In this document: positions 45,772-54,071 of the stretch, piece by piece
How the letters are laid out: each line of letters starts with the position of its first letter
Position numbering within the stretch: the stretch's first letter is position 1
Assembly: GCA_040902005.1 (NCBI GenBank)
Contig: JBBDYA010000099.1
Coordinates: 1 to 64,000 of the forward strand
Direction of reading: 5' to 3'
Length of the DNA: 64,000 nt
From: Gemmatimonadaceae bacterium
GTDB taxonomy: Bacteria; Gemmatimonadota; Gemmatimonadetes; Gemmatimonadales; Gemmatimonadaceae
Made by a program: the position numbers and the translations under genes
Notes under the pieces: model-generated
What the model saw: the letters and a program-made list of their open reading frames with translations, nothing else
What the model was told of the DNA's origin: nothing
Databases searched by the model: none

Positions 45772-47694
45772 TCACCACGCGATGCCGTAGTCCTCTCCGT
45801 GGTTGGATGATCCGCCCCACAGTGTGCGGTGCCTGCGATCGAAGAAGATCGCGTTGATCGGCCCCGACGTCCGCGCCTCGAAGTCAAGCGTGTAGCCCAT
45901 GCCTCTCAACGCTTCGCGCACCGATTCCGGCATGGACGACGCGGCCAGCATCCGCCCGGGCCGGGACGAGTGGTCGCCGAACGACGAGCGCATCTGGTAG
46001 CTGTTGATGTTCGGCGCCTCGACCGCCTGCTGTACGGTCATCCCGAACTCGACGACGTTCAGGAAGAACTGGAGAAGATTCTGGTCCTGGCTGTCCCCAC
46101 CCTGCACCGCGAACGACAGGAACGGCTCGCCATCCCTGAACGCCATGCTCGGCGTGAGCGTCACGCGCGGACGCTTGCCCGGCGCGATGACGTTGAACGG
46201 ACCGTCCCGTTCCTCCACGACGAACTGCTGCGCGCGCTGGCTGAGCCCCACGCCGGTGCGTCCCGCGATCATTGCGGGGATCCAGCCGCCGCTCGGCGTG
46301 ATCGACACGATCCAGCCCGACGTGTCCGCCGCCTGAATGGACGTGGTCCCGCGCGTGAACGCCTCCATGAACGCGGAGTCGGCGTCGACCTCGGGAACCG
46401 GGCGATCCTGCTGCCCGCCGCGGCTACCGGAGTCCGCCGCCGGGTTCACCTCCCACTGCGCCAGCTGCCGGGCGAACGGGTTGCGCTCCCCCTGGAACGG
46501 GTAGGGATCGCCCGGGCGCACCGTTGGGTCGTTGCGGTCCCCTTTGATCTGGCCGAATCGCGCCCTGGCGTACTCCTTGGAGAGCAGCCCGCGCATCGGC
46601 TCCACCGGAGGCGTGTAGATGTCGCCGTAGTAGAAGTCGCGGTCGGCGAACGCCATGCTCATCGCCTGATACAGCGTGTGGAGATAGCGCGGCGAGTTGT
46701 ACCCCATCGCCTTCACGTCCGCGTTCTCCAGGATGTTCAGCGCCTGAAGCAGGGCGGGGCCCTGCGTCCACGGCTGCAACTTGTAGACGTCTATTCCTTT
46801 ATAGGTGGTCTTCGAAGGTTCCTCGATGCGCACGCGCCAGGTCGCGAGGTCAGCCATCGTGAACATCCCGCCCTCCTCGCGCGTGCCGCGCACGATCTCC
46901 TCGGCGATGTCACCCTTGTAGAAGCGGTCGTACGCGGCATAGATGGCATCCTTGCGCGACTTGCCCGCCGCGAGCGCCTGGCGCTCGGACTCGACGAGCT
47001 TGCGCAGTGTGGCCGCGAGATCGCGCTGCACGAAGATCTCACCCGCCTCCGGCGCCTCGCGCTCCGCGCCCGGATGGGTGAGCATCACCTCGCGCGAGTA
47101 CCGCCATCCTTTGATCCGCTCCCGGTTGGTCTGGATGGAGTTCGCGGTCTGCGCGTCGATCGGATAGCCGTCGGCCATCTGGATCGCCGGCGCCAGCACG
47201 TCCGCGAGCGACAGCGTCCCGTACTCGGCGAGCATGGTCATCAATCCGCCGGGGGTGCCGGGGGTCACGGCGGCCAGCGGGCCGAACTCGGGTGGATAGC
47301 GGTACCCACTGGACTGGTAGAACGCCGCTGTCGCGCCTGTTGGCGCGTGGCCCAGCGCGTTGATCGCGATGACCTTCCTGAGCCCCGGATGGTAGATCAG
47401 GGCCTGCGTCTCCCCGCCCCAGGACAGCACGTCCCACATGGTGGACGTGGCGCCGAGCATGGCCATCGCCGCGTCGACAGCGTTCCCCCCCCGCTGAAAC
47501 ATCATCGCCCCCGCGGTGGCGGCGAGCGGCTTGCCGGTGATCGCCATCCAGTGCTTGCCGTGGAGCGGTGGTTTCTGCGTGCGGCGCGGGATTTGTGACG
47601 AGGTATCCTGGGCCACCACCGGGAACAGCGGGCAGGCAGCCAGCGTGAGCGCGATCACAATGCGCGCGACTCGACGGGACGGGCAAAAATGCAT
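45772..47694 (-). CDS. ggt: Exported gamma-glutamyltransferase family protein
   Basis: GGNAVDAA, FYKGDIAEEI, FADRDFYYGD, GTTSI (nucleophile Thr), PGKRPRVTLTP, GGDSQDQ. Confidence 0.9.
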   Translation of the reverse strand: MHFCPSRRVARIVIALTLAACPLFPVVAQDTSSQIPRRTQKPPLHGKHWMAITGKPLAATAGAMMFQRGGNAVDAAMAMLGATSTMWDVLSWGGETQALIYHPGLRKVIAINALGHAPTGATAAFYQSSGYRYPPEFGPLAAVTPGTPGGLMTMLAEYGTLSLADVLAPAIQMADGYPIDAQTANSIQTNRERIKGWRYSREVMLTHPGAEREAPEAGEIFVQRDLAATLRKLVESERQALAAGKSRKDAIYAAYDRFYKGDIAEEIVRGTREEGGMFTMADLATWRVRIEEPSKTTYKGIDVYKLQPWTQGPALLQALNILENADVKAMGYNSPRYLHTLYQAMSMAFADRDFYYGDIYTPPVEPMRGLLSKEYARARFGQIKGDRNDPTVRPGDPYPFQGERNPFARQLAQWEVNPAADSGSRGGQQDRPVPEVDADSAFMEAFTRGTTSIQAADTSGWIVSITPSGGWIPAMIAGRTGVGLSQRAQQFVVEERDGPFNVIAPGKRPRVTLTPSMAFRDGEPFLSFAVQGGDSQDQNLLQFFLNVVEFGMTVQQAVEAPNINSYQMRSSFGDHSSRPGRMLAASSMPESVREALRGMGYTLDFEARTSGPINAIFFDRRHRTLWGGSSNHGEDYGIAW

Positions 47695-47831
47695 ATTGTC
47701 TCTCCTGGGAGTCCAACTTCCTAACCTACCACTCGACGAAAGCAGGCGCGACGGTGCCCGTCGGCATGTGTTGCAATCGCGCGGCTGACTCGTGTGGCAT
47801 GTGAGCGCTCCGCGGCCCCTTTTGCAGTGAA

Positions 47832-48485
47832 ATGTTGACGTCCCGAATTACCCAGCCTTGCACCCACGCCCCTCGTCCCGGGACGACGGTGTGCCTCTAT
47901 TGCCTCGAGGAGGCGCGCGCGCGCGCGCGCGCGCGCCGCAACCGGGCGCTCACCCGCGCGGCGCTCGTCGCGGTAGGGGGCGGCGTTGCCGTCGCGCTGA
48001 TCGTGGGCGCGATCACGGCACTCGTGCCGAGCTCGGCTGCGGTTGTCGTGGCCAGCGTGGACAGCATCGGGCCGGCTGGGGCGATCCAGGCAGGTGACGT
48101 CGTGGACTCCACCGCCCGGCGCCTCATCCAGCCGATCATCGCCGAGGGAAGCCGCGGCCTCGGCGACAGCATCGTCGCGGAGCGCGTGGGCAACAGCGTC
48201 ACGGTGACCTTCGACACGGACCAGCTCCGCACCCGGTTCGACTGGAAGTTCGAGGGCGTGGTGCGGGGCACCCTGCCGATGGTCTTCGGCGACCCGGCGG
48301 CAAAGGCCCTCGATGCCATTCCGCAGGGTGAGCTGGTGCGCGAGGATTTGATCAGGACGGCGCCGAGGCGCGGCATCGCCATGGAGCTGCCAGACGACGG
48401 CGGCACGCTGACGCTCTGGCCGATCACGCGGCCGGGACGGGATGGGCCGATCGTCGTGGCCTACCGGGTGACGCCGACGAAGTAG
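47832..48485 (+). CDS. Hypothetical membrane-anchored protein with an N-terminal Cys/His (Zn-ribbon-like) motif
   Basis: CTH-x7-CLYC, an ARARARAR linker, a TM helix, then a soluble domain. Confidence 0.7.
   Translation: MLTSRITQPCTHAPRPGTTVCLYCLEEARARARARRNRALTRAALVAVGGGVAVALIVGAITALVPSSAAVVVASVDSIGPAGAIQAGDVVDSTARRLIQPIIAEGSRGLGDSIVAERVGNSVTVTFDTDQLRTRFDWKFEGVVRGTLPMVFGDPAAKALDAIPQGELVREDLIRTAPRRGIAMELPDDGGTLTLWPITRPGRDGPIVVAYRVTPTK
47913..47936. repeat. (GC)12 dinucleotide tract
   Basis: 24 bp of pure alternating GC inside CDS 47832-48485. Confidence 0.9.
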
Positions 48486-48518
48486 CCGGCGGCGCCAGCC
48501 GCCGCCCAGGGAAGCTCC

Positions 48519-48950
48519 CTAGCGGCGCTTGCGTGAGTTCCTGCTGCGATCGAGACTGCGGCGCACCGCGCGCTCCGTTGCGTCCACCGCCGCATCAAAC
48601 GTGGTTCGTGGGTCCCCGCCAGTGAGTGCGACCACCACCTGCTCATGCCGCGGCAGTACCACCTTGAACTTGCAGACACACGCCGCATTCCCCGTGGATC
48701 CGCTCACGTCCTCGAAGCGAATGCTCACGCGCGCGATGCGCAACCCGAACTTGCCAAGCTTGAATCCCGTGCGCTCGTGCACGTAGGCCCGGAGCGCGTC
48801 GCTGATGACCACGCCGCGCGCGCGCACGTGCAGCGGGGTCTCCGCGGTGGTGGATCGTCCGACGCTCGCTTTGGTCGTTCGAGGAATCGTGGCCGGGAAG
48901 GCGGCGCGGCGGCTCTGCCGCTGCCGCTGCTTCTTGTCGTCGTGACGCAA
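48519..48950 (-). CDS. HPF/RaiA-like ribosome-associated protein
   Basis: LHVRARGVVISDALRAYVHER..KLGKF..RI.RVSIRFED....CKFKV......VVV......FDAAVD..ERAVRR. TTG start uncertain. Confidence 0.75.
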   Translation of the reverse strand: MRHDDKKQRQRQSRRAAFPATIPRTTKASVGRSTTAETPLHVRARGVVISDALRAYVHERTGFKLGKFGLRIARVSIRFEDVSGSTGNAACVCKFKVVLPRHEQVVVALTGGDPRTTFDAAVDATERAVRRSLDRSRNSRKRR

Positions 48951-49052
48951 GGGAATGATTCGGCTGAAGGTGACCCGCAAAGATAGCTTCCCTGCGGTCC
49001 CCGGGCGGCCGAAATTCTGATGCGCAGCGGCTGACCACGATAGGAGAATCCA

Positions 49053-50150
49053 TTGTCTACCATTGGTGTCCCGATCGACGAGCGTCGCCAGCAACCCCGT
49101 GCGATGCGCGCGCCGATCATCGCCGCGTCCATCGTGATCGTGGTGGCGGGGATGCGTGCCGCTTCGCCGGTGCTGGCCCCCCTCGTCCTCGCTCTGTTTG
49201 TCGCCGTCGTCAGTCTTCCCGCATTGCGCTGGCTGCGGCGGATCGGCGCGCCAGTGCCGCTGGCGATTCCGGCCATCGTCCTCATGGATGCCGTGATGCT
49301 CGCCGGCGTGGGCTTCATCATCCTGCAGGCCGTGGCAGAGTTTCGCGAAGTCCTTCCGGAGTACCTGGTGCGGATCCAGGTGCTTCAGGAAGCCGCCGTG
49401 GCGCGCCTTCAGCTCGCCGGCTTCGAGGCCACCGCCGTTCCGCTTCGGGAGCTCGTCAACGCGGACCGGTTGTTTCTGCTCGCCACCGACGCTGCGCGTC
49501 GCCTCACCGGCATCATAGGCGTGACGCTCCTGATCGTGCTGTATCTCGTGTTCATGCTCGCCGAATCGGTGGGACTGCCGATCAAGCTGCAGCAGGCCTT
49601 CGGCGACCGGCTTGGCGCCCTGTCGCAACTGGGACGGGTCGTCACGGAAGTGCAGACGTACCTGGCGCTCAAGACGCTCGTGAGCCTCGCGACCGGCCTG
49701 CTCATCGGCACAGGCGCCGCGATCATCGGCGTGGACTTCGCCCTCTTCTGGGGATTCCTGGCTTTCGTGCTCAACTACGTGCCGAATGTGGGATCGGTGA
49801 TAGCTGCCGTCCCCGCAATCATCGTCGCGTTGCTGCAGCTTGGCCTCGGCCCGGCCGCCGCGCTGGGTGGCGTTTGTCTTGGCGTCAACATCGTGCTCGG
49901 GAGCATCCTGGACCCGATGATCGTGGGCCGACGTCTGGGCCTTTCCACGCTCGTCGTGCTCTTTTCCCTGATCTTCTGGGGCTGGACGTGGGGACTGATC
50001 GGCATGTTCCTGGCGCTCCCGCTCACGGCCACCGCCAAGATCGTGATGGAAAGCAGCCGCACGCTCCATCCGCTCGCAATCCTGATGGGACCGGTGCCCG
50101 GGCTGACCGATGAACCCGTTCCCACGCCCGCGGGCCTCCGACGCGAATGA
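49053..50150 (+). CDS. AI-2E family transporter (PerM/YhhT-like)
   Basis: YLALKTLVSLATG, AFVLNYVPNVGSVIA, PMIVGRRLGLS, FWGWTWGLIGMFLALPLT. Confidence 0.92.
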   Translation: MSTIGVPIDERRQQPRAMRAPIIAASIVIVVAGMRAASPVLAPLVLALFVAVVSLPALRWLRRIGAPVPLAIPAIVLMDAVMLAGVGFIILQAVAEFREVLPEYLVRIQVLQEAAVARLQLAGFEATAVPLRELVNADRLFLLATDAARRLTGIIGVTLLIVLYLVFMLAESVGLPIKLQQAFGDRLGALSQLGRVVTEVQTYLALKTLVSLATGLLIGTGAAIIGVDFALFWGFLAFVLNYVPNVGSVIAAVPAIIVALLQLGLGPAAALGGVCLGVNIVLGSILDPMIVGRRLGLSTLVVLFSLIFWGWTWGLIGMFLALPLTATAKIVMESSRTLHPLAILMGPVPGLTDEPVPTPAGLRRE

Positions 50151-50223
50151 GCTGGCCGTCACACCGCGCGCGACGGAGCGGAAGCGGTGGTACGCGCTTC
50201 CGATCGCGGACGTGGAGAGCCCG

Positions 50224-50574
50224 CTACTCCTCGCGCTGGTTCAGCTGATCGGCGGCGAACGCGACCGCGAACGCGTGCGCGTCGGTCACGTCGGGCGGCA
50301 CGTCCATCCACTCCATCAGCGCGTCGCCGTATTCCAGGATGGCCTGATCCTGGGCCGCGTGGGCGGAGTCGTGCGGTGTGTCTCCACACAGCTCGCCGTG
50401 CGCACTGTACCGAAAGAGCATTGCGCTGGCCTTGCCGTCGGCTACGAGCAGCACCACGTCCGCGGGGGGCAGCATGGCCTCCGGGTCCATGGGATAGCCG
50501 GCGGTGTGCACCGCCACTCGCCGGTCACCCATCGCGCCGACGAGCGCCACGCGCCGAACGTTGCGAATCACCAT
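50224..50574 (-). CDS. Hypothetical small acidic protein
   Basis: MVIRNVRR...MLFRYSAHGELCGDTPHDS..AAQDQAILEYG..W; start chosen 6 nt after CACATT. Confidence 0.65.
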   Translation of the reverse strand: MVIRNVRRVALVGAMGDRRVAVHTAGYPMDPEAMLPPADVVLLVADGKASAMLFRYSAHGELCGDTPHDSAHAAQDQAILEYGDALMEWMDVPPDVTDAHAFAVAFAADQLNQREE

Positions 50575-50749
50575 GCGGCGAATGTGCGCTCCCCCACTGC
50601 GCGCCGCAACTCCCGCACCCACACCATGATCACCGCGGCGCGATCACCGCGGCGGGCGCATCAGGACGCACCTTGCGAATCGAGAGGGACCGCGTCACAA
50701 TGAATGGGTCTTGACGCCAGTCCGCCAGGCGCGGTCCGTGAGGCCCACG

Positions 50750-51481
50750 ATGCGAATGCGATCCGTAGTTGCCACTGCCCTGCTGCTGCTCCCGGCCGTG
50801 TCGAGCGCGCAGCGCGTTCCCATTCCGAACGGGCGCGGGCCCGCGCGCCCCGCTCCCCTGCCGCCCCAACCGCCAGCCGTCGCGCGCGAGCTGTCGTACG
50901 TACGCCTGCCGGTGTCGGTGGAGAGCTACCCGATGGTGAGTCGATTCGAGACGATCGGCTTCAGCGAAAATGGCATCACGAGCTGGACCTCCTTTGGCAT
51001 GGGCACGCGCGCCGATCTGCGCGTCACGCGCCTCGTTTCGGCCACGCTGGACATGACGTCATCCGTGTTCGGCGGCCCTGCCCAGACGCAGACGGTGGAG
51101 ATCGGCACCCGCCTGCGCCCCGAGCGCAACGAGCGCAGGCTGTATCCCTTTGCGGACGTCCGGATGGGCTACGTGCACTCGTATGACGGCTACTTCCGGC
51201 CATACGACCTCGCGGATCCCTATGTGGGAATGTCGGCCGGCGTGGGCAGCCGGTACAGTCAGGGAGTCGGCGTGGTGGGCGGCGTGGGCATGGAATACGC
51301 CCTCACGCGAACGCTCTCCCTGACCGCGTCCGCCTCGACGATGCGCGCGCGCATGACGACGTACCGATTCACCGGCGCGCAGCCGTCGAGTGACCGGTAC
51401 CGGTTGACGTCGTACCGGTACATCGCGGGTCTCCGGTTCAACCCCGTGCGCTATCTGGCGAGGCAGCAGGGAGCCCGCTGA
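50750..51481 (+). CDS. Exported protein, probable small outer-membrane beta-barrel
   Basis: Signal peptide VSSA-Q, Pro-rich linker, amphipathic strands (GTRADLRV, YPFADVRMGY, GVGMEYAL, YIAGLRFNP). Confidence 0.65.
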   Translation: MRMRSVVATALLLLPAVSSAQRVPIPNGRGPARPAPLPPQPPAVARELSYVRLPVSVESYPMVSRFETIGFSENGITSWTSFGMGTRADLRVTRLVSATLDMTSSVFGGPAQTQTVEIGTRLRPERNERRLYPFADVRMGYVHSYDGYFRPYDLADPYVGMSAGVGSRYSQGVGVVGGVGMEYALTRTLSLTASASTMRARMTTYRFTGAQPSSDRYRLTSYRYIAGLRFNPVRYLARQQGAR

Positions 51482-52244
51482 CGAAGCCGGTCACCCACTC
51501 GATGCGCCCCGACGGCGCGAGGACGAACACGTTCGTTCCGGCTCCACGTGGCTGACCGTCGAGCCCCGTCATCGTCCAGTCGGCCAGCAGCATCCCCTGG
51601 CAGTGTCGCACGTCGCCGGCGCGGCGCATCCGCATACCTGGCATGAATCGCTGCGCAGCCGCAATGTGCGGTAGCAGGTCGTCCATGCCATTCAGATTGC
51701 TGAAGCGGTCCTGCATGCGAATCTCCGGCACCGCGATCTCCGCCAGCATTCGCTGACGCGCGATCGCGTCGGGTTCAGCCCACGCGTCGAACCAGAGATC
51801 CACATACCGCGCCGCGTTGGCGTTGACTTCGTCCGACACCACGTTGGCGAAGAGCGAGAGTTGAAAGCGCCACCCCTGCACGTGCTCGTCGCGCACCGCG
51901 GCGTCTGGCAGCTCGTGCGTGAGCGTGAGCTGCGTGCCGCCTGGCACGGGCATGAGCACGATCGTCACCCGCGAGCTGCCCGCCGGGATCGGCGTGCCGC
52001 TCACAAATCCGTACGTGAACACGAGGCGGCGCGGCGAATCGATCTCCAAAACCTCACCGGCTGACTCGATGCCCCCCGGATGCCTGATGCAGACCGCGCC
52101 GCCCGGCCGCGCGTCAATCGTGGAACCGGTCCCCCACCACCGTGCCCACCGGGTGGAATCCGTGAAGAACCGGAAGACGGCGTCCAGGGGGGCGTGAATC
52201 GTGACCGTGCGGTCCAGCGTGTGGGGCAGCGTCGTGCGGTCCAT
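51438..52244 (-). CDS. SRPBCC (AHSA1-like) domain fused to a SnoaL-like domain
   Basis: RTVTIHAP..VF.FFTD....RWW, DARPGG, PRRLVFTY, GTQLTLTH, HVQGW; C-terminal YVDLWFDAW.EPD..R. Confidence 0.82.
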   Translation of the reverse strand: MDRTTLPHTLDRTVTIHAPLDAVFRFFTDSTRWARWWGTGSTIDARPGGAVCIRHPGGIESAGEVLEIDSPRRLVFTYGFVSGTPIPAGSSRVTIVLMPVPGGTQLTLTHELPDAAVRDEHVQGWRFQLSLFANVVSDEVNANAARYVDLWFDAWAEPDAIARQRMLAEIAVPEIRMQDRFSNLNGMDDLLPHIAAAQRFMPGMRMRRAGDVRHCQGMLLADWTMTGLDGQPRGAGTNVFVLAPSGRIEWVTGFVSGLPAASPDSARG

Positions 52245-52246
52245 GG

Positions 52247-52603
52247 TCAGCGCGTCCTGCGTGTGATGGTCTTTGGCCGGCGCGGCCTCGGCCCGCGCCG
52301 CGAGTGTTCCAGCTCTGCGGCCAGCTTCAACTGCCAGAGGGCATCGTCCCACATGCGCCTCAGCAGCTCCTCCAGCGGGCCCAGCGCCTCCCGCTGCGCG
52401 CGGTAGTACCGGTGCTTCCCGTCTGCGCGCTGCGCCAGCAGGCCCACGGTTGCCAGGGAGCGCAGGTGCATGGACACCGCGCCGAACGTCACGTCGGGCA
52501 TCGCCCGATGGATGGCACCCGCGCTCCGCTCGCGATCCCAGACGAGACGGAGAATCTCGCGCCGCCGGGGCGATGCGATGGCTGCGAGGATGGAGGCATC
52601 CAT
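52247..52603 (-). CDS. ArsR/SmtB-family transcriptional regulator
   Basis: AIASPRRREILRLV, AVSMHLRSL..VGL, GKHRYY; 2 nt upstream of the SRPBCC gene. Confidence 0.9.
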   Translation of the reverse strand: MDASILAAIASPRRREILRLVWDRERSAGAIHRAMPDVTFGAVSMHLRSLATVGLLAQRADGKHRYYRAQREALGPLEELLRRMWDDALWQLKLAAELEHSRRGPRPRRPKTITRRTR

Positions 52604-52609
52604 GGCATC

Positions 52610-52638
52610 ATTTTAGATGTAACTGAAATGTATGTCAA
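52610..52638 (-). promoter_or_regulatory. Near-consensus sigma70 promoter with overlapping operator palindrome
   Basis: TTGACA-N17-TAAAAT, 6 nt before ATG 52603. Imperfect palindrome ATTTTAG-N6-CTGAAAT at 52610-52629. Confidence 0.8.
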
Positions 52639-52677
52639 GCGGCCGATGCATCGGGTTCCGGTTGGTCGCATGAGGGC

Positions 52678-52819
52678 GTTCTCGGCAGCCGCGCGCTTCG
52701 CGCACGGCTGGTAAGTTCTCGGGGGCACACCCATCCAGCCCGGTGTGTTGCAGGCCGACCCGCCGTGGAGCGGCGGCCGAGAACCTACCCGCGGCGGCCT
52801 CGCCGCCGCGGCCGAGAAC
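52678..52819. repeat. REP/REPIN-like element, copy A (most complete)
   Basis: GTTCTCGG-hairpin-GTAA-GTTCTCGG-core(CACACC..GGTGTG, TGCAGGCCGAC)-hairpin-CCGAGAAC-CTAC-hairpin-CCGAGAAC. Confidence 0.88.
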
Positions 52820-52826
52820 ATAAGGG

Positions 52827-53483
52827 TTACGCGCTCACATTGTGCACGGTGGCGATGTAGTGGCGCCCCTCCCACAGCACCGGCACCGCGCGAAGCACCG
52901 CGAAGGCGGTCGTGGCGTAGACCAGGATGTCCACCCAGAACCGCACCGCCTCGCTCGGCCGTACTGAGGCATTGACGCTCGGCCACGCGAGCAGAAGCCC
53001 CAGTGCGCAGAAACAGACGGCTTTCAGGATGCCGTAGCTAGCGCGGCTCCAGCGCGACGCGGTGAGCTGCCGCGCCCAGGCGCTGGCCTGCATCCCGTCC
53101 GCGCCGAATGGGGTCTTGCCTTCGCCGAACGCGACGCTTCGGATGAAATCCGTGAGCACGGTGCGCGTGATGATCACCAGCGGCACCCAGTACGGGACCA
53201 AGGCTTGTCCTGCGGGGTCGCGGCGAATGGCGAAGAAGGTCCAGAGGGCCAACTCGACGATCCGGTCGCCAGCGATGTCGAAGAGCGCGCCGGCCTTCGA
53301 CTCCTCGTTGAATCGTCTCGCCACCCAGCCGTCGAGCGCATCCATGAAGATCGCCCACGCGAGCAGCGGGACCATGGCGAGATCGAGCCATGCGTGTTCG
53401 ACGACCCGATCGCGTCCCCCCCCCCAGACGGCGATCACCACGAAAATCAGGAGGACGCGGGCGACGGTGAGTGCGTTGGCCAT
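52827..53483 (-). CDS. CDP-alcohol phosphatidyltransferase family protein (PgsA-like)
   Basis: ANALTVAR, DALDGWVARR....S.AGALFDIAGDR, which matches the DG-x2-AR-x8-G-x3-D-x3-D signature. Confidence 0.9.
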   Translation of the reverse strand: MANALTVARVLLIFVVIAVWGGGRDRVVEHAWLDLAMVPLLAWAIFMDALDGWVARRFNEESKAGALFDIAGDRIVELALWTFFAIRRDPAGQALVPYWVPLVIITRTVLTDFIRSVAFGEGKTPFGADGMQASAWARQLTASRWSRASYGILKAVCFCALGLLLAWPSVNASVRPSEAVRFWVDILVYATTAFAVLRAVPVLWEGRHYIATVHNVSA

Positions 53484-53554
53484 ACGAAGCAGGCTACCGC
53501 ATGAATGCGCGCTGCCATATCGGAGCGCCTACGTAGGTGAGTACGTAGGCCCAC

Positions 53555-53665
53555 GTTCTCGGCAGCCGCGCGCTCCGCGCGCAGCTGGTACGTTCTCGGC
53601 GGGCACACCCATCCAGCCCGGTGTGCAGTTGCAGGCCGACCCGCCGCGAAGCGGCGGCCGAGAAC
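53555..53665. repeat. REP/REPIN-like element, copy B
   Basis: Nearly identical to 52678-52784. Preceded by a perfect 9-bp hairpin GCCTACGTA-N6-TACGTAGGC (53527-53550). Confidence 0.88.
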
Positions 53666-53667
53666 TC

Positions 53668-54003
53668 CTAGAAAGGCAACTCCAGCCCACGCGCCTCGGC
53701 GGCCAGATGCGCCAGATACACCGAGACGACCGCGTAGCCGACGCACGCCGCGGCGTATCGCCTCTTCGCCCGGCGAAACGCCGCGGGATCGGTGTAGCCG
53801 CCGCCGTAGGCATCCGCGCGCCGCATGTGCAGGTGATACGCGAGACGGCAGCCGAACAGTCCGGCGACCACAAGACTCACGAGCGGCCTTGCACGGCCGG
53901 CGACAGACTGTGCGTCGAGCGGCAGAAACAGCAGCACGAGGAAGGTCAGGGCGAGAAGGATTGGACCGCCCATCCAGGGATACCCGCCATGTCCGTTTGG
54001 CAT
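53668..54003 (-). CDS. Hypothetical small membrane protein (about 3 TM)
   Basis: Hydrophobic segments PILLALTFLVLLFL, LVSLVVAGLF, YAAACVGYAVVSVYL; start could be 53973. Confidence 0.55.
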   Translation of the reverse strand: MPNGHGGYPWMGGPILLALTFLVLLFLPLDAQSVAGRARPLVSLVVAGLFGCRLAYHLHMRRADAYGGGYTDPAAFRRAKRRYAAACVGYAVVSVYLAHLAAEARGLELPF

Positions 54004-54071
54004 CGTCAGTCGCGAGAATGAGTGTCAGTGAGGTCTATGATGCCGCCGTTCCACGGCTGGGCACACAGCGG

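Noticed and set aside
404..47598. Long antisense or alternate-frame ORFs (e.g. 404-1555, 7738-10155, 22281-24761, 45829-47598)
   Set aside because: They are Arg/Ala/Pro-rich shadow frames overlapping well-supported genes, as expected at high GC.
47760..47810. Sigma54 promoter at GGCATGTG..TTGC
   Set aside because: The GG-to-GC spacing is 8 nt, not the required 10.
48519..50162. 547-aa minus-strand ORF as one protein
   Set aside because: Only the last ~143 codons look real (HPF-like); the rest is antisense to the AI-2E transporter.
52678..53665. Repeats as a CRISPR array or integron attC sites
   Set aside because: There is no regular repeat-spacer period and no cas gene. The ends are GTTC...GAAC rather than RYYYAAC...GTTRRRY, and no integrase is present.
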